Positions 26,540 through 36,523 of a stretch of 64,000 nt of DNA are shown here, in pieces (positions within the stretch are counted from its first letter, which is position 1; each line of letters opens with the position of its first letter). Position numbers and translations under genes: made by a program. Origin of the DNA: an uncultured Bacteroidaceae bacterium (GTDB lineage Bacteria; Bacillota; Clostridia; Christensenellales; CAG-917); contig CAZJZV010000003.1 of assembly GCA_964550635.1 (NCBI GenBank), positions 105 to 64,104 on the forward strand, given 5' to 3'. The notes under the pieces were generated by a model. That model made no database searches. It worked only from the letters and a program-made list of their open reading frames with translations, and was not told where the DNA came from.

Positions 26540-27445
26540 ATGGCGCTTATTGACGACAAGCTTGAAACCTTTATCACCGTATGCGAAACGAAGAACTTCA
26601 CGAAAGCAGGGGAATTGCTGTCCATGACGCAACCCGCAGTATCTCAACATATAAAGAAATTGGAAAGTGAAATCGGCGCGCCCGTTTTCATGCGCAAGAA
26701 AGGGGAAATCGTCTTGTCTCCCGAAGGGGAAATACTCCTTTTATACGCAAAAAGGATACGCGCGCTTTGCGATTCCATGAAAGACAAGGTCAAAAACGCA
26801 CGCAAAAACGTCGTCAAAGTCCGCATAGGTATCACCCATACCCAAGAAAGCGGAATTATGGTGGAAGCGTTGTCGAAACTTGCGCTCGGCGATGATAACT
26901 TGAACATAACGTTTATCACTGACAACATAAAAAATCTTTATGATATGCTTGAAAATTTTGAGATAGATATGGCGATTATCGAAGAAAAACCGACTTCCGC
27001 CGATTTTCGTTACACCGTCATCGACACGGATATGCTCGTGTGCATAGCCTCCCCTCAAAACGCTGTATCCAAAAAAGCGTCCATATCCCTTGACGAACTC
27101 AAACGCCAACATTTGATTTTGCGTTTGCCGTCGTCGTCCACGCGCGAAAAATTCAATGCGTCCCTTGAGTCGATAGGGGAGAGCATTGACAATTTCGACG
27201 TGCTCATCGAAGTGGACAGCATCGCAACCATCCGCAATCTCGTCAAAAAGAACGTCGGAGTATCAATACTTTCAAGGGGTGCGTGCCTGAAAGAAATCCG
27301 CAAAGGCTCGCTCGTCGCACTCCCGATAGCGAATTTGAGCATGACCAGAGAAACGACGATCGTCTACCACAAAACTTTCACCGACACCGACATGATCGAA
27401 CGCATCGCCAAAGCCTACTCCGACGTCACCGCCACTTCAAGATAA
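26540..27445 (+). CDS. LysR family transcriptional regulator
   Basis: N-terminal wHTH (FTKAGELLSMTQPAVSQHIKKLE) plus a ~200-aa substrate-binding domain. Length 301 aa. Confidence 0.9.
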   Translation: MALIDDKLETFITVCETKNFTKAGELLSMTQPAVSQHIKKLESEIGAPVFMRKKGEIVLSPEGEILLLYAKRIRALCDSMKDKVKNARKNVVKVRIGITHTQESGIMVEALSKLALGDDNLNITFITDNIKNLYDMLENFEIDMAIIEEKPTSADFRYTVIDTDMLVCIASPQNAVSKKASISLDELKRQHLILRLPSSSTREKFNASLESIGESIDNFDVLIEVDSIATIRNLVKKNVGVSILSRGACLKEIRKGSLVALPIANLSMTRETTIVYHKTFTDTDMIERIAKAYSDVTATSR

Positions 27446-27484
27446 AACCACACAACAGCACTTCAAATAAAATCCACCAACCCA

Positions 27485-27515
27485 AAAAGAAAACCTATGC
27501 AAGCATAGGTTTTTG
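27485..27515. terminator. Bidirectional intrinsic terminator
   Basis: AAAAAGAAA-ACCTATG-caag-CATAGGT-TTTT, between convergent stops at 27445 and 27539. Confidence 0.8.
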
Positions 27516-27538
27516 ACTTTTATTCATCGCTTTGACCG

Positions 27539-28183
27539 TCAGGAGCGGTTCACCAACTCACCGTTGATGAATTCTAGATTTTCGACTCTGCCGTTAGCAT
27601 GATAATAGGTGCCTTTTCCATGCCTTTTATCGTCTTTCCATTCGCCAACGTATTTGTCGCCGTTCGTCAAAGTAAAGGTGCCTTTACCGTGTTTTTTGTT
27701 GTCTTTGATTTGTCCTACGTACGTGTTGCCATTTGATCCAAATAAAGTGCCTTTACCATTTGGTTTGTTATCCTTCCATTCGCCGACGTATTTGCTTCCA
27801 TTTGCCCAAATAATAGTGCCTTTGCCGTTGAAAAGGTCGTCTTTGAATTCCCCGACGTACTTACCTCCGTCTGCATAGTAAAAAGTGCCTTTGCCGTTGA
27901 AAAGGCCGTCTTTGAATTCGCCGACGTATTTGCTTCCATTTGCCCAAATCATAGTGCCTTTGCCGTTGAAAAGGTCGTTTTTGAATTCGCCTACGTACTT
28001 ATCGCCGTTAGTCCAAGTAAAAGTGCCTTTTCCGTGTCGCTTACCGTGTTTCCACTCGCCCTCGTAGGTGCCGTCCGTCCGTTCGTCATTGTTCATATAA
28101 TTCATGGTACCGCGCCCATGAGGTTGGTCGTTTTTGACGTCCCCGAGATAAAATCCGTTTTCGTACGAAATAATTTTTTGCAT
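27539..28183 (-). CDS. MORN-repeat protein
   Basis: About eight consecutive 23-aa units of Y(V/E)GE(F/W)K.....GKGT......G.K. The start was set at ATG 28183, preceded by AAAGGAG, rather than the ORF-track start at 28243. Confidence 0.85.
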   Translation of the reverse strand: MQKIISYENGFYLGDVKNDQPHGRGTMNYMNNDERTDGTYEGEWKHGKRHGKGTFTWTNGDKYVGEFKNDLFNGKGTMIWANGSKYVGEFKDGLFNGKGTFYYADGGKYVGEFKDDLFNGKGTIIWANGSKYVGEWKDNKPNGKGTLFGSNGNTYVGQIKDNKKHGKGTFTLTNGDKYVGEWKDDKRHGKGTYYHANGRVENLEFINGELVNRS

Positions 28184-28402
28184 TATAGAGATCTCCTTTC
28201 GTGCGTGATAACGGTAGGTAATTTGAGTGTGAGTAAAAAGCAACAGAGTCCCCTACCGTGCGAGCGTATGCGCTACGCGCCCGCTTCCGATAATATTATA
28301 GCATATACGGCGAGATAATCAAGAGGAAATCTCGGTGATTTTCGGGAGTATTGATATTTATCAATAAACGGTGAAAAATTTGGCGGGTAGGGGTGCAAAT
28401 GC

Positions 28403-28431
28403 TTGACATCGCGGGGAAGAGGGGGTATAGT
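28403..28431 (+). promoter_or_regulatory. Sigma-A type promoter of the pyr operon
   Basis: TTGACA (28403-28408), a 17-nt spacer, then TATAGT (28426-28431). Confidence 0.7.
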
Positions 28432-28451
28432 TAAGAAAAACGAACTTTTAA

Positions 28452-28553
28452 GTCGATACAGAGAGATTGACAAGGTTTTGAATAAACGCCGAATATGACG
28501 GTTCATATTTTCGCACGCTCAAAAGGTCTTGTCTTTCTGCAAGACCTTTTTTT
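28452..28553 (+). promoter_or_regulatory. PyrR-type transcription attenuator (binding hairpin plus terminator)
   Basis: Hairpin GUCGAU-ACAGAGAG-AUUGAC (28452-28471) has a purine-rich CAGAGAG loop resembling the PyrR binding-loop consensus UCCAGAGAGG. Segment CAAGGUUUUG (28471-28480) can pair with the 5' arm of the terminator. The terminator is AAAAGGTCTTG..CAAGACC plus T7 at 28521-28553, 10 nt before pyrR. Confidence 0.6.
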
Positions 28554-28562
28554 GTTGGAGTT

Positions 28563-29102
28563 ATGATGCAACGGAAAACGCAAATTATGGACGACCGTGC
28601 GATGGCAAGAGTGCTTGCGCGTATGACGCACGAGATTATCGAGAAAAATCAAGGCGTGGACGACGTCTGTCTTTTGGGTATCAAGAGCAGGGGTGTACCG
28701 CTTGCCGAAAGGATTGCCGATAACGTGGCGAAATTCGAGGGCAAAACCGTGCCTATCGGGAGTCTTGACGTGACGAGAAACCGCGACGATTTGTCCGATG
28801 AAGAGAAACAAGCGGTGGTTGCGGATTGCGATATTCCTTGCGATTTGAAAGATAAAACCGTCGTCATCGTGGACGACGTGCTATACACCGGCAGGACGGT
28901 GAGAGCGGCGCTCGAATGCGTGTTCGATATTGCGCGTCCGAAAGCGGTGCAACTTGCGGTTTTGATTGACAGGGGACATAGGGAATTGCCCATACGTCCC
29001 GACTATATCGGCAAAAACGTACCCACCGCGGAGCGTGAAACCATATTGGTAAATCTGCTTGAAACGGACGGTGTAGACCAAGTTTTCATCGGCGAAAAGT
29101 GA
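28563..29102 (+). CDS. pyrR: Bifunctional pyrimidine operon regulator / uracil phosphoribosyltransferase PyrR
   Basis: 179 aa. The PRPP motif VVIVDDVLYTGRTVRAA and LAVLIDRGHRELPIRPDYIGKN closely match Bacillus PyrR as recalled. Confidence 0.93.
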   Translation: MMQRKTQIMDDRAMARVLARMTHEIIEKNQGVDDVCLLGIKSRGVPLAERIADNVAKFEGKTVPIGSLDVTRNRDDLSDEEKQAVVADCDIPCDLKDKTVVIVDDVLYTGRTVRAALECVFDIARPKAVQLAVLIDRGHRELPIRPDYIGKNVPTAERETILVNLLETDGVDQVFIGEK

Positions 29103-30307
29103 GCGAGAATATGGATAATTCAAACATAAAATTCATCGGACTGAACGAAAACGAGATAAAGTGCGCAAAAGAGTATTTGGCGAGGCTTTCCATTGACGAA
29201 AACGGAGAATATGCGGTCGTCAAAGGCTTTTGCGACGTGCACGTGCATTTCAGAGAACCGGGATTTGCCTACAAAGAAACGGTGAAATCGGGAAGTCTTG
29301 CGGCGGCGCGCGGCGGATATACTGCGGTGTGCGCAATGCCCAATCTCAATCCCGTCCCCGATTGCGTAGAGAGCCTGAAACTCGAAAATGAAATCATCAA
29401 CCGCGACGCAGTGATAGGGGTGTACCCCTACGGCGCGATAACCGTCGGCGAAAAGGGCAAAGAATTGTCCGACCTCGAGGGCATGGCGGAGAATTGTATC
29501 GCTTTCAGCGACGACGGAAAGGGCGTGCAAAACGACGAACTTATGGTTGACGCTATGATGAGAGCGAAGGCACTCGGCAAAATCATAGTCGCCCACTGCG
29601 AAGACGAAAAACTGCTCTGCGGCGGTTGCATACACGACGGCGAATACGCAAAACAAAACGGATTTGTCGGCATTTCGTCCGCAAGCGAATACGCAATGGT
29701 GGAAAGGGATTTGGGACTTGTCGAAAAGACGGGTTGCGCCTATCACGTTTGCCACATTTCGACAAAAGAAAGCGTTGAGTTTTTGCGCAAGGCAAAGGCG
29801 AAAGGACTCGACATTACGGCGGAAACCGCTCCCCATTATCTCACATTCAACGATAGCAATTTGAAAGACGAAGGAAAGTGGAAGATGAATCCGCCTATCC
29901 GCAGTGAAGAAGATAGACTTGCACTTCTTGCGGGCATTCAGGACGGCACGATAGATATGATAGCGACCGACCACGCTCCGCACTCCGCGGAAGAGAAGAG
30001 CAAAGGTTTGAAAGGCAGTTTGTTCGGCGTGGTGGGACTTGAAACCGCATTCCCGATATTGTATACTAAACTAGTTAAGGGCGGAGAAATCACCCTTGAA
30101 AAACTCGTGGAGTTGCTATCCGTCAATCCGCGCGCACGCTTCGGCATATGCGACGACGGCTTTTCGGTGTGGAAACTCGACGAAGAATACGAAATCAACC
30201 ACGACGACTTCCTGTCGCAAGGTAGGGCGACTCCCTACGATAGGGAGAGAGTTTTCGGCAAATGCCTTTGCACCGTATTGAACGGCAAGGCGGTATATCA
30301 AGATTAA
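29099..30307 (+). CDS. pyrC: Dihydroorotase
   Basis: DVHVHFREPG metal-binding motif, ATDHAPH, and an amidohydrolase layout. GTG 29099 overlaps the pyrR stop; ATG 29111 is an alternative start. Confidence 0.9.
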   Translation: MSENMDNSNIKFIGLNENEIKCAKEYLARLSIDENGEYAVVKGFCDVHVHFREPGFAYKETVKSGSLAAARGGYTAVCAMPNLNPVPDCVESLKLENEIINRDAVIGVYPYGAITVGEKGKELSDLEGMAENCIAFSDDGKGVQNDELMVDAMMRAKALGKIIVAHCEDEKLLCGGCIHDGEYAKQNGFVGISSASEYAMVERDLGLVEKTGCAYHVCHISTKESVEFLRKAKAKGLDITAETAPHYLTFNDSNLKDEGKWKMNPPIRSEEDRLALLAGIQDGTIDMIATDHAPHSAEEKSKGLKGSLFGVVGLETAFPILYTKLVKGGEITLEKLVELLSVNPRARFGICDDGFSVWKLDEEYEINHDDFLSQGRATPYDRERVFGKCLCTVLNGKAVYQD

Positions 30308-30326
30308 ATTTTGACGGAGGATAAAT

Positions 30327-33300
30327 ATGGCAAAACGAAAGGACTTGAAAAAGATACTTATCATAGGCTCGGGACCGATAATTATCGGTCAGGCGGCGGA
30401 ATTTGACTACGCGGGCACGCAGGCTTGTCTTGCGCTCAAGGAAGAGGGCTACGAAGTCATACTCGTCAACTCCAACCCCGCGACAATCATGACGGACACG
30501 ACGATAGCGGACAAGGTGTATATGGAGCCGTTGACTCTCGAATATCTTGCCAAAATCCTGCGCTATGAACGCCCCGATGCGATTATCCCCGGCATAGGCG
30601 GACAGACCGGACTCAATATCGTCATGCAACTCGAGAAAAAAGGCGTGCTCGAAGAATGCGAAGTCGAACTTCTCGGCACTAGCAGTAGCAGTATCGAAAG
30701 AGCGGAAGACAGAGAGTTGTTCAAGGAAATGTGCGAATCCATAGGCGAACCCGTCATCCCTTCTCAAATCACCTACAATCTCGAAGAAGCGAAAGAAGCG
30801 GCAAAGAGAATCGGTTATCCCGTCGTATTGCGCCCCGCGTTCACTTTGGGCGGCACCGGCGGCGGTTTCGCGAACGACGAAGAAGAACTCGTTGAAATCG
30901 GTATGAACGGTTTCGCGCTTTCCCCCGTTCATCAGGTGCTTGTCGAAAAGAGTGTGAAAGGCTACAAGGAAATCGAATTTGAAGTCATGCGCGACTCCTA
31001 CGACAAGGCGATCACCATCTGCGGAATGGAAAACGTGGATCCTGTCGGCGTGCATACGGGCGACTCTATCGTCGTTGCGCCCATACTCAGTTTGAGCGAC
31101 AAGGACCGCAAAATGCTCAACGATAGCGCAATCAAAATCATAAAAGAATTGAAGATAGCGGGCGGTTGCAACGTGCAGTACGCATTGAACCCCGAAACGA
31201 GCGAATATTTCCTCATCGAAGTCAACCCCAGAGTATCGCGTTCGTCCGCACTCGCAAGCAAGGCAAGCGGTTATCCTATCGCAAGAGTCACCGCAAAAAT
31301 CGCGGTCGGTATGAGCCTTGACGAAATCCCCGTCGCGGGCGGTTACGCAAGCAAAGAACCCGAACTCGACTATATCGTAGCGAAATTCCCCCGCTTCCCC
31401 TTCGATAAATTCACGTCCGCTCCCAACACTCTCGGCACGCAGATGAAAGCGACCGGTGAAGTTATGGGAATAGGCTCGAACCTTGAAGAGTGTATGTTGA
31501 AATCCGTCCGCTCTCTTGAAATCGGATGTTGCCATTTCCACATGTCCAAATTCGACGATATGACGGACGACGAAATCAAAGAATATATGTCCGAATTTAG
31601 AGCGGATACGGTGTTCGCGGTTGCGGAATTGTTGCGCCGTGGCGTGAGCGTGAAAGAACTCCACGAAATCACCAAAATCACCGAATTGTTCCTTGAAAGT
31701 TTCGAGAAAATCGTCAAGGAAGAGAGCGTTTTGACGGCAAATCCTTTCGACGTGGACACTCTCAAATCCGCAAAGAAAATGGGATTTTCGGACAAGTATA
31801 TCGCAAAACTCTGGAATGCGACCGAAAAAGAAGTGTCCAAATTCAGAAAGGATAACGAAATAAGACCTGTATTCCGTATGGTAGATACTCTGCATACGGG
31901 CAAATATATCGCGTATCTCTATTCTTCGTATAGCGGAGAAAACCAATCTCGACTTACGGACAAGAATAAACTCGTCGTGTTGGGCGCGGGACCTATCCGC
32001 ATAGGACAGGGCGTAGAATTTGACTACTCGACCGTCCACGCAGTGCAGACAATTAAACGCGAAGGCTACGAAGCAATCATCATAAACAACAACCCCGAAA
32101 CCGTTTCGACGGACTACACGACCGCGGACAAACTCTATTTCGAGCCGTTGACGACCGAAGACGTCATGGAAATCATCGACTACGAGAAACCCGAAGGAGT
32201 CGTCGCATCTCTCGGCGGACAGACCGCAATCAACCTTGCCGCACCCCTTATGAACAACGGTGTGAAAATCGTCGGTACGGACTGCGATGCAATCGACAAG
32301 GCGGAAAACCGCGACTTGTTTGAAAAACTGCTCGTTGAACTCGGCATACCCCAACCCGCAGGATGTGCGGTCACCAAAATCGAAGACGGTGTGGCGGCGG
32401 CGAAACGTATCGGCTATCCCGTGCTTGTGCGCCCCAGTTTCGTGCTCGGCGGAAGAGCAATGCAAATCGTCGCGAACGAAAAGCAACTCCGTCAATATCT
32501 CAAAACCGCTGTTGAAATCGACGAAGACAAACCTGTTTTGGTGGATAAATACATCATCGGCAAGGAAGTCGAAATCGACGCAATTTGCGACGGCATAGAC
32601 GTTTTCGTCCCCGGCATTATGGAACTCGTCGAAAGAACTGGTATCCACTCGGGCGATAGCATTTCCGTCTATCCCACCTTCTCGATTAGCGACAAGGTGA
32701 AGGGAATAATCCTGCAATATGCAAAGAAACTCGGACTCGGCATCGGCATAAAAGGTCTATACAATATCCAATTCATCGTGGACAAGGAAGACCGCGTGTT
32801 CATCATCGAAGTCAATCCGCGTTCGAGCCGTACCGTGCCTTTCCTGTCTAAAGCGACTGGATATTCTCTTGCGGATATAGCGACCGAAGTCATCATGGGT
32901 AAAACCCTCAAAGAGCAGGGCATATTCAAAGTCTATCCCGACGAGAGAGAAAGATGGTTTGTCAAAGTCCCCGTGTTCTCGTTCAACAAGATTAGAGGGC
33001 TCGACGCGTATCTTTCCCCCGAAATGAAGTCCACCGGAGAGGCGATAGGCTACGACGACAAACTCAACCGCGCGCTCTACAAAGCGTTGCAGGCGGCGGG
33101 TACGAAAGTGCAAAACTACGGCACTGTGTTTGCCACCATCGCAAACTCGGACAAAGAAGAAGCACTTCCCTTGATCAGACGTTTCTACAATCTTGGTTTC
33201 AACATTCAGGCAACCGCGGGCACCGCAAAATTCTTGAAAGAAAACGGAATCAGAACGCACGTGCTCGACAAGATTAGCGAAGGTAGCGACGACATTCCCG

Positions 33301-33500
33301 AAGCAATCCGCCAAAGAAAACTTGCGTATATCATCAACACGAGCGAAGTCGGTCAAGTGGGTAGCACCAACGACGGCTATATGATCAGAAAAATCGCGAC
33401 CGAAAACAACGTCAGCATATTCACTTCTCTCGACACCGTCAGAGTGCTTCTCGACGTGCTCGAAGAAACCACTCTCACCATTTCCACGATAGACGCCTAA
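30327..33500 (+). CDS. carB: Carbamoyl-phosphate synthase large subunit
   Basis: 1057 aa. Duplicated ATP-grasp halves (IIGSGPIIIGQAAEFDYAGTQA and VLGAGPIRIGQGVEFDYSTVHA) plus a C-terminal MGS-like domain. RBS GGAGGA. Confidence 0.97.
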   Translation: MAKRKDLKKILIIGSGPIIIGQAAEFDYAGTQACLALKEEGYEVILVNSNPATIMTDTTIADKVYMEPLTLEYLAKILRYERPDAIIPGIGGQTGLNIVMQLEKKGVLEECEVELLGTSSSSIERAEDRELFKEMCESIGEPVIPSQITYNLEEAKEAAKRIGYPVVLRPAFTLGGTGGGFANDEEELVEIGMNGFALSPVHQVLVEKSVKGYKEIEFEVMRDSYDKAITICGMENVDPVGVHTGDSIVVAPILSLSDKDRKMLNDSAIKIIKELKIAGGCNVQYALNPETSEYFLIEVNPRVSRSSALASKASGYPIARVTAKIAVGMSLDEIPVAGGYASKEPELDYIVAKFPRFPFDKFTSAPNTLGTQMKATGEVMGIGSNLEECMLKSVRSLEIGCCHFHMSKFDDMTDDEIKEYMSEFRADTVFAVAELLRRGVSVKELHEITKITELFLESFEKIVKEESVLTANPFDVDTLKSAKKMGFSDKYIAKLWNATEKEVSKFRKDNEIRPVFRMVDTLHTGKYIAYLYSSYSGENQSRLTDKNKLVVLGAGPIRIGQGVEFDYSTVHAVQTIKREGYEAIIINNNPETVSTDYTTADKLYFEPLTTEDVMEIIDYEKPEGVVASLGGQTAINLAAPLMNNGVKIVGTDCDAIDKAENRDLFEKLLVELGIPQPAGCAVTKIEDGVAAAKRIGYPVLVRPSFVLGGRAMQIVANEKQLRQYLKTAVEIDEDKPVLVDKYIIGKEVEIDAICDGIDVFVPGIMELVERTGIHSGDSISVYPTFSISDKVKGIILQYAKKLGLGIGIKGLYNIQFIVDKEDRVFIIEVNPRSSRTVPFLSKATGYSLADIATEVIMGKTLKEQGIFKVYPDERERWFVKVPVFSFNKIRGLDAYLSPEMKSTGEAIGYDDKLNRALYKALQAAGTKVQNYGTVFATIANSDKEEALPLIRRFYNLGFNIQATAGTAKFLKENGIRTHVLDKISEGSDDIPEAIRQRKLAYIINTSEVGQVGSTNDGYMIRKIATENNVSIFTSLDTVRVLLDVLEETTLTISTIDA

Positions 33501-33508
33501 GGAGAAAT

Positions 33509-34249
33509 ATGAAACAATCCATATTCACGGTAAAAGAGAATATATCCATCGCGCCAAGCGTCTACAAAATGATTCTTGCGGGCGACGTATCTCATATCAC
33601 CGCAAGCGGACAATTCGTCAACGTGCAGATTGACGGATTGTTCTTGCGTCGTCCCATATCCGTGTGCGACTACGACGACGAAACTCTGACTCTCATCTAC
33701 AAAGTCGTGGGCAAAGGCACGCAGATTATGAGTGAAGCAAAGGCGGGCGCAACGTTTGATATATTGACGGGACTCGGCAACGGCTACGATCTGTCGTTGT
33801 CCGGCGAAACACCCCTTTTGATAGGCGGCGGAGTGGGCGTGCCCCCTATGTATAACCTTGCGAAAAAACTCGTAGAGCAGGGCAAAACCCCCGGTGTCAT
33901 CCTTGGTTTCAACGACGAAAAGGAAGTTTTCTACGAGAAAGAATTTAAGGCACTCGGACTGAAAACCGTTGTCACCACCGTCAACGGAAGTTACGGAGTG
34001 AAAGGTTTCGTGACGGACGCGCTAGACCTTTTCGACGGCTATTCCTACTTCTATTGTTGCGGTCCTGAGCCTATGCTCAAAGCGGTCTACAACGCCACAA
34101 ACACCGACGGACAATTCTCGTTTGAAGAGCGTATGGGTTGCGGTTTCGGTGCTTGTATGGGTTGCTCGTGCAAGACTTTGTACGGCAACAAGCGCATTTG
34201 CAAAGACGGTCCCGTTTTGCAGAAAAAGGAGATTATATGGCAAAAATGA
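33509..34249 (+). CDS. pyrK: Dihydroorotate dehydrogenase electron-transfer subunit
   Basis: FAD/NAD-binding ferredoxin-reductase fold (RRPISV, GGGVGVPP). C-terminal 2Fe-2S cysteines CGFGACMGCSC..C. Confidence 0.9.
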   Translation: MKQSIFTVKENISIAPSVYKMILAGDVSHITASGQFVNVQIDGLFLRRPISVCDYDDETLTLIYKVVGKGTQIMSEAKAGATFDILTGLGNGYDLSLSGETPLLIGGGVGVPPMYNLAKKLVEQGKTPGVILGFNDEKEVFYEKEFKALGLKTVVTTVNGSYGVKGFVTDALDLFDGYSYFYCCGPEPMLKAVYNATNTDGQFSFEERMGCGFGACMGCSCKTLYGNKRICKDGPVLQKKEIIWQK

Positions 34250-35154
34250 ACACTAAAGTCACGCTTTGTGGAATTGAACTCGACAATCCCGTTATCCCCG
34301 CAAGCGGTACTTTCGGCTACGGATACGAGTTTAGCGAACTCTACGACATAAATATTCTCGGCACGTTTTCTTTCAAAGGCACCACCCTTGAAGAGAGATT
34401 CGGAAACCCTACGCCGAGAATTGCGGAGTGTAGCGCGGGCATGATAAATTCCGTCGGTTTGCAAAATCCCGGTGTGGGCAGAGTGGTCGCGGAAGAGTTG
34501 CCAAAACTGAAAAAGGTCTTTGGCAAAAAGGTCATGGCAAACGTGAGCGGTTTCTCAATCGACGAATACGTCAAGGTCTGCGAAAAGCTCGACAAGGAAG
34601 ATATGGTCGGTTGGATCGAAGTCAACGTTTCTTGCCCCAACGTGCACGGTGGCGGTATGAGTTTCGGCACGGACGCAAACAACGTGCGCGCGGTAACCGA
34701 AGCGGTCAAAAAGGTGACTTCAAAACCCGTCGTCGTCAAACTCACCCCAAACGTTACGGACATCGTGTCTATCGCGAAAGCGGCGGAAGACGGCGGCGCG
34801 GACGGCGTTAGTCTCATCAACACGATGCTCGGAATGAGAATAAATCTCAAAACGAGAAAACCCGTCGTTGCAAACACTATGGGCGGTTTTTCGGGGAGAG
34901 CGATATTCCCCGTCGCACTGCGCATGGTATATCAAGTGGCGAAAGCGGTGAATATCCCCGTCGTCGGAATGGGCGGTGTGTCCTCTGCGGATGACGTCAT
35001 CGAAATGATGCTCGCAGGCGCAACCGCAGTTGAAGTCGGCGCGGAAAATCTCGTCAATCCTTATGTTTGCAAAGAAATCGTCGAGAGTTTGCCGATAGCT
35101 ATGGAAAAATACGGAATCAATTCGTTGAACGAAATTATAAAAGGAGTTAGATAA
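34237..35154 (+). CDS. pyrD: Dihydroorotate dehydrogenase (class 1B) catalytic subunit
   Basis: [35 protein letters not shown], and [20 protein letters not shown] 34237 is preceded by AAAGGAG and overlaps the pyrK end. Confidence 0.93.
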   Translation: MAKMNTKVTLCGIELDNPVIPASGTFGYGYEFSELYDINILGTFSFKGTTLEERFGNPTPRIAECSAGMINSVGLQNPGVGRVVAEELPKLKKVFGKKVMANVSGFSIDEYVKVCEKLDKEDMVGWIEVNVSCPNVHGGGMSFGTDANNVRAVTEAVKKVTSKPVVVKLTPNVTDIVSIAKAAEDGGADGVSLINTMLGMRINLKTRKPVVANTMGGFSGRAIFPVALRMVYQVAKAVNIPVVGMGGVSSADDVIEMMLAGATAVEVGAENLVNPYVCKEIVESLPIAMEKYGINSLNEIIKGVR

Positions 35155-35155
35155 T

Positions 35156-35857
35156 ATGGGTAAAGACGTAATAGTCGCTTGCGACTTCGACAGCGCACAA
35201 AAGACTTTCGAGTTTTTGGACAAATTCACCGACAAGAAACCTTTCGTCAAAATCGGTATGGAATTGTACTATGCGGAAGGTCCGAGTATCGTCCGCGAAA
35301 TCAAGAAGAGAGGACACAAAATCTTCCTCGATCTCAAACTTCACGACATCCCCAATACCGTGAAAAAGAGTATGGCGGTGTTGTCAAGGCTCGACGTGGA
35401 TATGACCAATCTTCACGCGGCGGGCACCGAAAATATGATGAAAGCGGCAATCGAAGGACTCACCCGCCCCGACGGCACTCGTCCTTTGCTCATAGCGGTC
35501 ACCCAACTCACGTCCACCGACCAAGAGAGTATGGAGAGAGATATACTCATCAAAGAGCCTATGCAAGAAGTGGTTATGCACTACGCCGAAACCGCAAGAA
35601 ACGCAGGACTTGACGGCGTGGTATGCTCCCCACTCGAAGCGGACGCAGTGCATAAGAGAGTGGGCGCAAACTTCTTGACCGTCACCCCGGGCATCCGTTT
35701 TGCAGACGGCGAAAAGGGGGATCAAAAACGCGTTACCACCCCCGCGCAAGCAAGAGAAATCGGCTCTGATTATATCGTAGTCGGCAGACCTATCACGGCG
35801 GCGGACGATCCCGTTGCGGCGTACAACAGATGCTTGAAAGAGTTTTTAGGAGAATAA
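35156..35857 (+). CDS. pyrF: Orotidine 5'-phosphate decarboxylase
   Basis: [21 protein letters not shown] and VVGRPI motifs. Length 233 aa. Confidence 0.93.
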   Translation: MGKDVIVACDFDSAQKTFEFLDKFTDKKPFVKIGMELYYAEGPSIVREIKKRGHKIFLDLKLHDIPNTVKKSMAVLSRLDVDMTNLHAAGTENMMKAAIEGLTRPDGTRPLLIAVTQLTSTDQESMERDILIKEPMQEVVMHYAETARNAGLDGVVCSPLEADAVHKRVGANFLTVTPGIRFADGEKGDQKRVTTPAQAREIGSDYIVVGRPITAADDPVAAYNRCLKEFLGE

Positions 35858-35860
35858 ACG

Positions 35861-36499
35861 ATGAAAGATTTAGAAAAACTTATCGCAAAAGATTTATTGA
35901 AAATTAAGGCGGTTTTCTTCCGTCCCGAAGAGCCGTTCACGTGGGCGAGCGGTATCAAAAGCCCCGTCTACACCGATAACCGCTTGACCTTGACCGCCCC
36001 CGAAGTCAGAAGGGACGTCGAAAAAGGTCTTGCCGAACTCATCAAAGAAAACTATCCCGACGTCGAAGTGCTTATGGGCACGTCCACCGCAGGCATAGCG
36101 CACGCCGCTATCACGGGATATATTATGGATTTGCCTATGGGTTACGTCCGCGGCGGAGCAAAGGACCACGGCAGACAAAACCAAATCGAAGGCAAACTCG
36201 AAAAAGGACAAAAAGTCGTCGTCGTCGAAGACCTTATCTCGACGGGCGGTAGTTGTATCGAAGTCGTCAACGTGCTTCGCGAAGCGGGCGCGGACGTTTT
36301 GGGTATCGTCAGCATTTTCACCTACGGTATGAAAAAGGGTATCGAACGCTTGAAAGAAGCGAACGTCAAAAACGTGTCCCTGACCAATTTCGACGTCATC
36401 GCCGAAACCGCCGCAGAAGAAGGATATATCAAGGCGGAAGACGTGGACAGACTCATCAAATTCCGCAACAATCCGCAGGACGAAAGTTGGATTAATTGA
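35861..36499 (+). CDS. pyrE: Orotate phosphoribosyltransferase
   Basis: PRPP-binding [13 protein letters not shown]. 212 aa, type I PRTase layout. Confidence 0.92.
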   Translation: MKDLEKLIAKDLLKIKAVFFRPEEPFTWASGIKSPVYTDNRLTLTAPEVRRDVEKGLAELIKENYPDVEVLMGTSTAGIAHAAITGYIMDLPMGYVRGGAKDHGRQNQIEGKLEKGQKVVVVEDLISTGGSCIEVVNVLREAGADVLGIVSIFTYGMKKGIERLKEANVKNVSLTNFDVIAETAAEEGYIKAEDVDRLIKFRNNPQDESWIN

Positions 36500-36523
36500 C
36501 GTGCTTTTTTCGGAGGCATTCTC

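Noticed and set aside
27747-28090. CRISPR-like periodicity (about 40-nt conserved plus about 29-nt variable, period 69 nt)
   Set aside because: The period is exactly 23 codons, and the interval is an uninterrupted MORN-repeat ORF on the minus strand. The conserved parts encode GKGT..YVGEFK. This would be a false positive for CRISPR finders. No genuine array is present in the window.
30195-32717. 840-aa ORF on the minus strand, antisense to carB
   Set aside because: carB on the plus strand has unmistakable duplicated ATP-grasp motifs across the whole interval. The antisense product is low-complexity (Arg/Phe/Val/Asp-rich) with no motif, RBS or promoter. It is a typical shadow ORF of a codon-biased gene.
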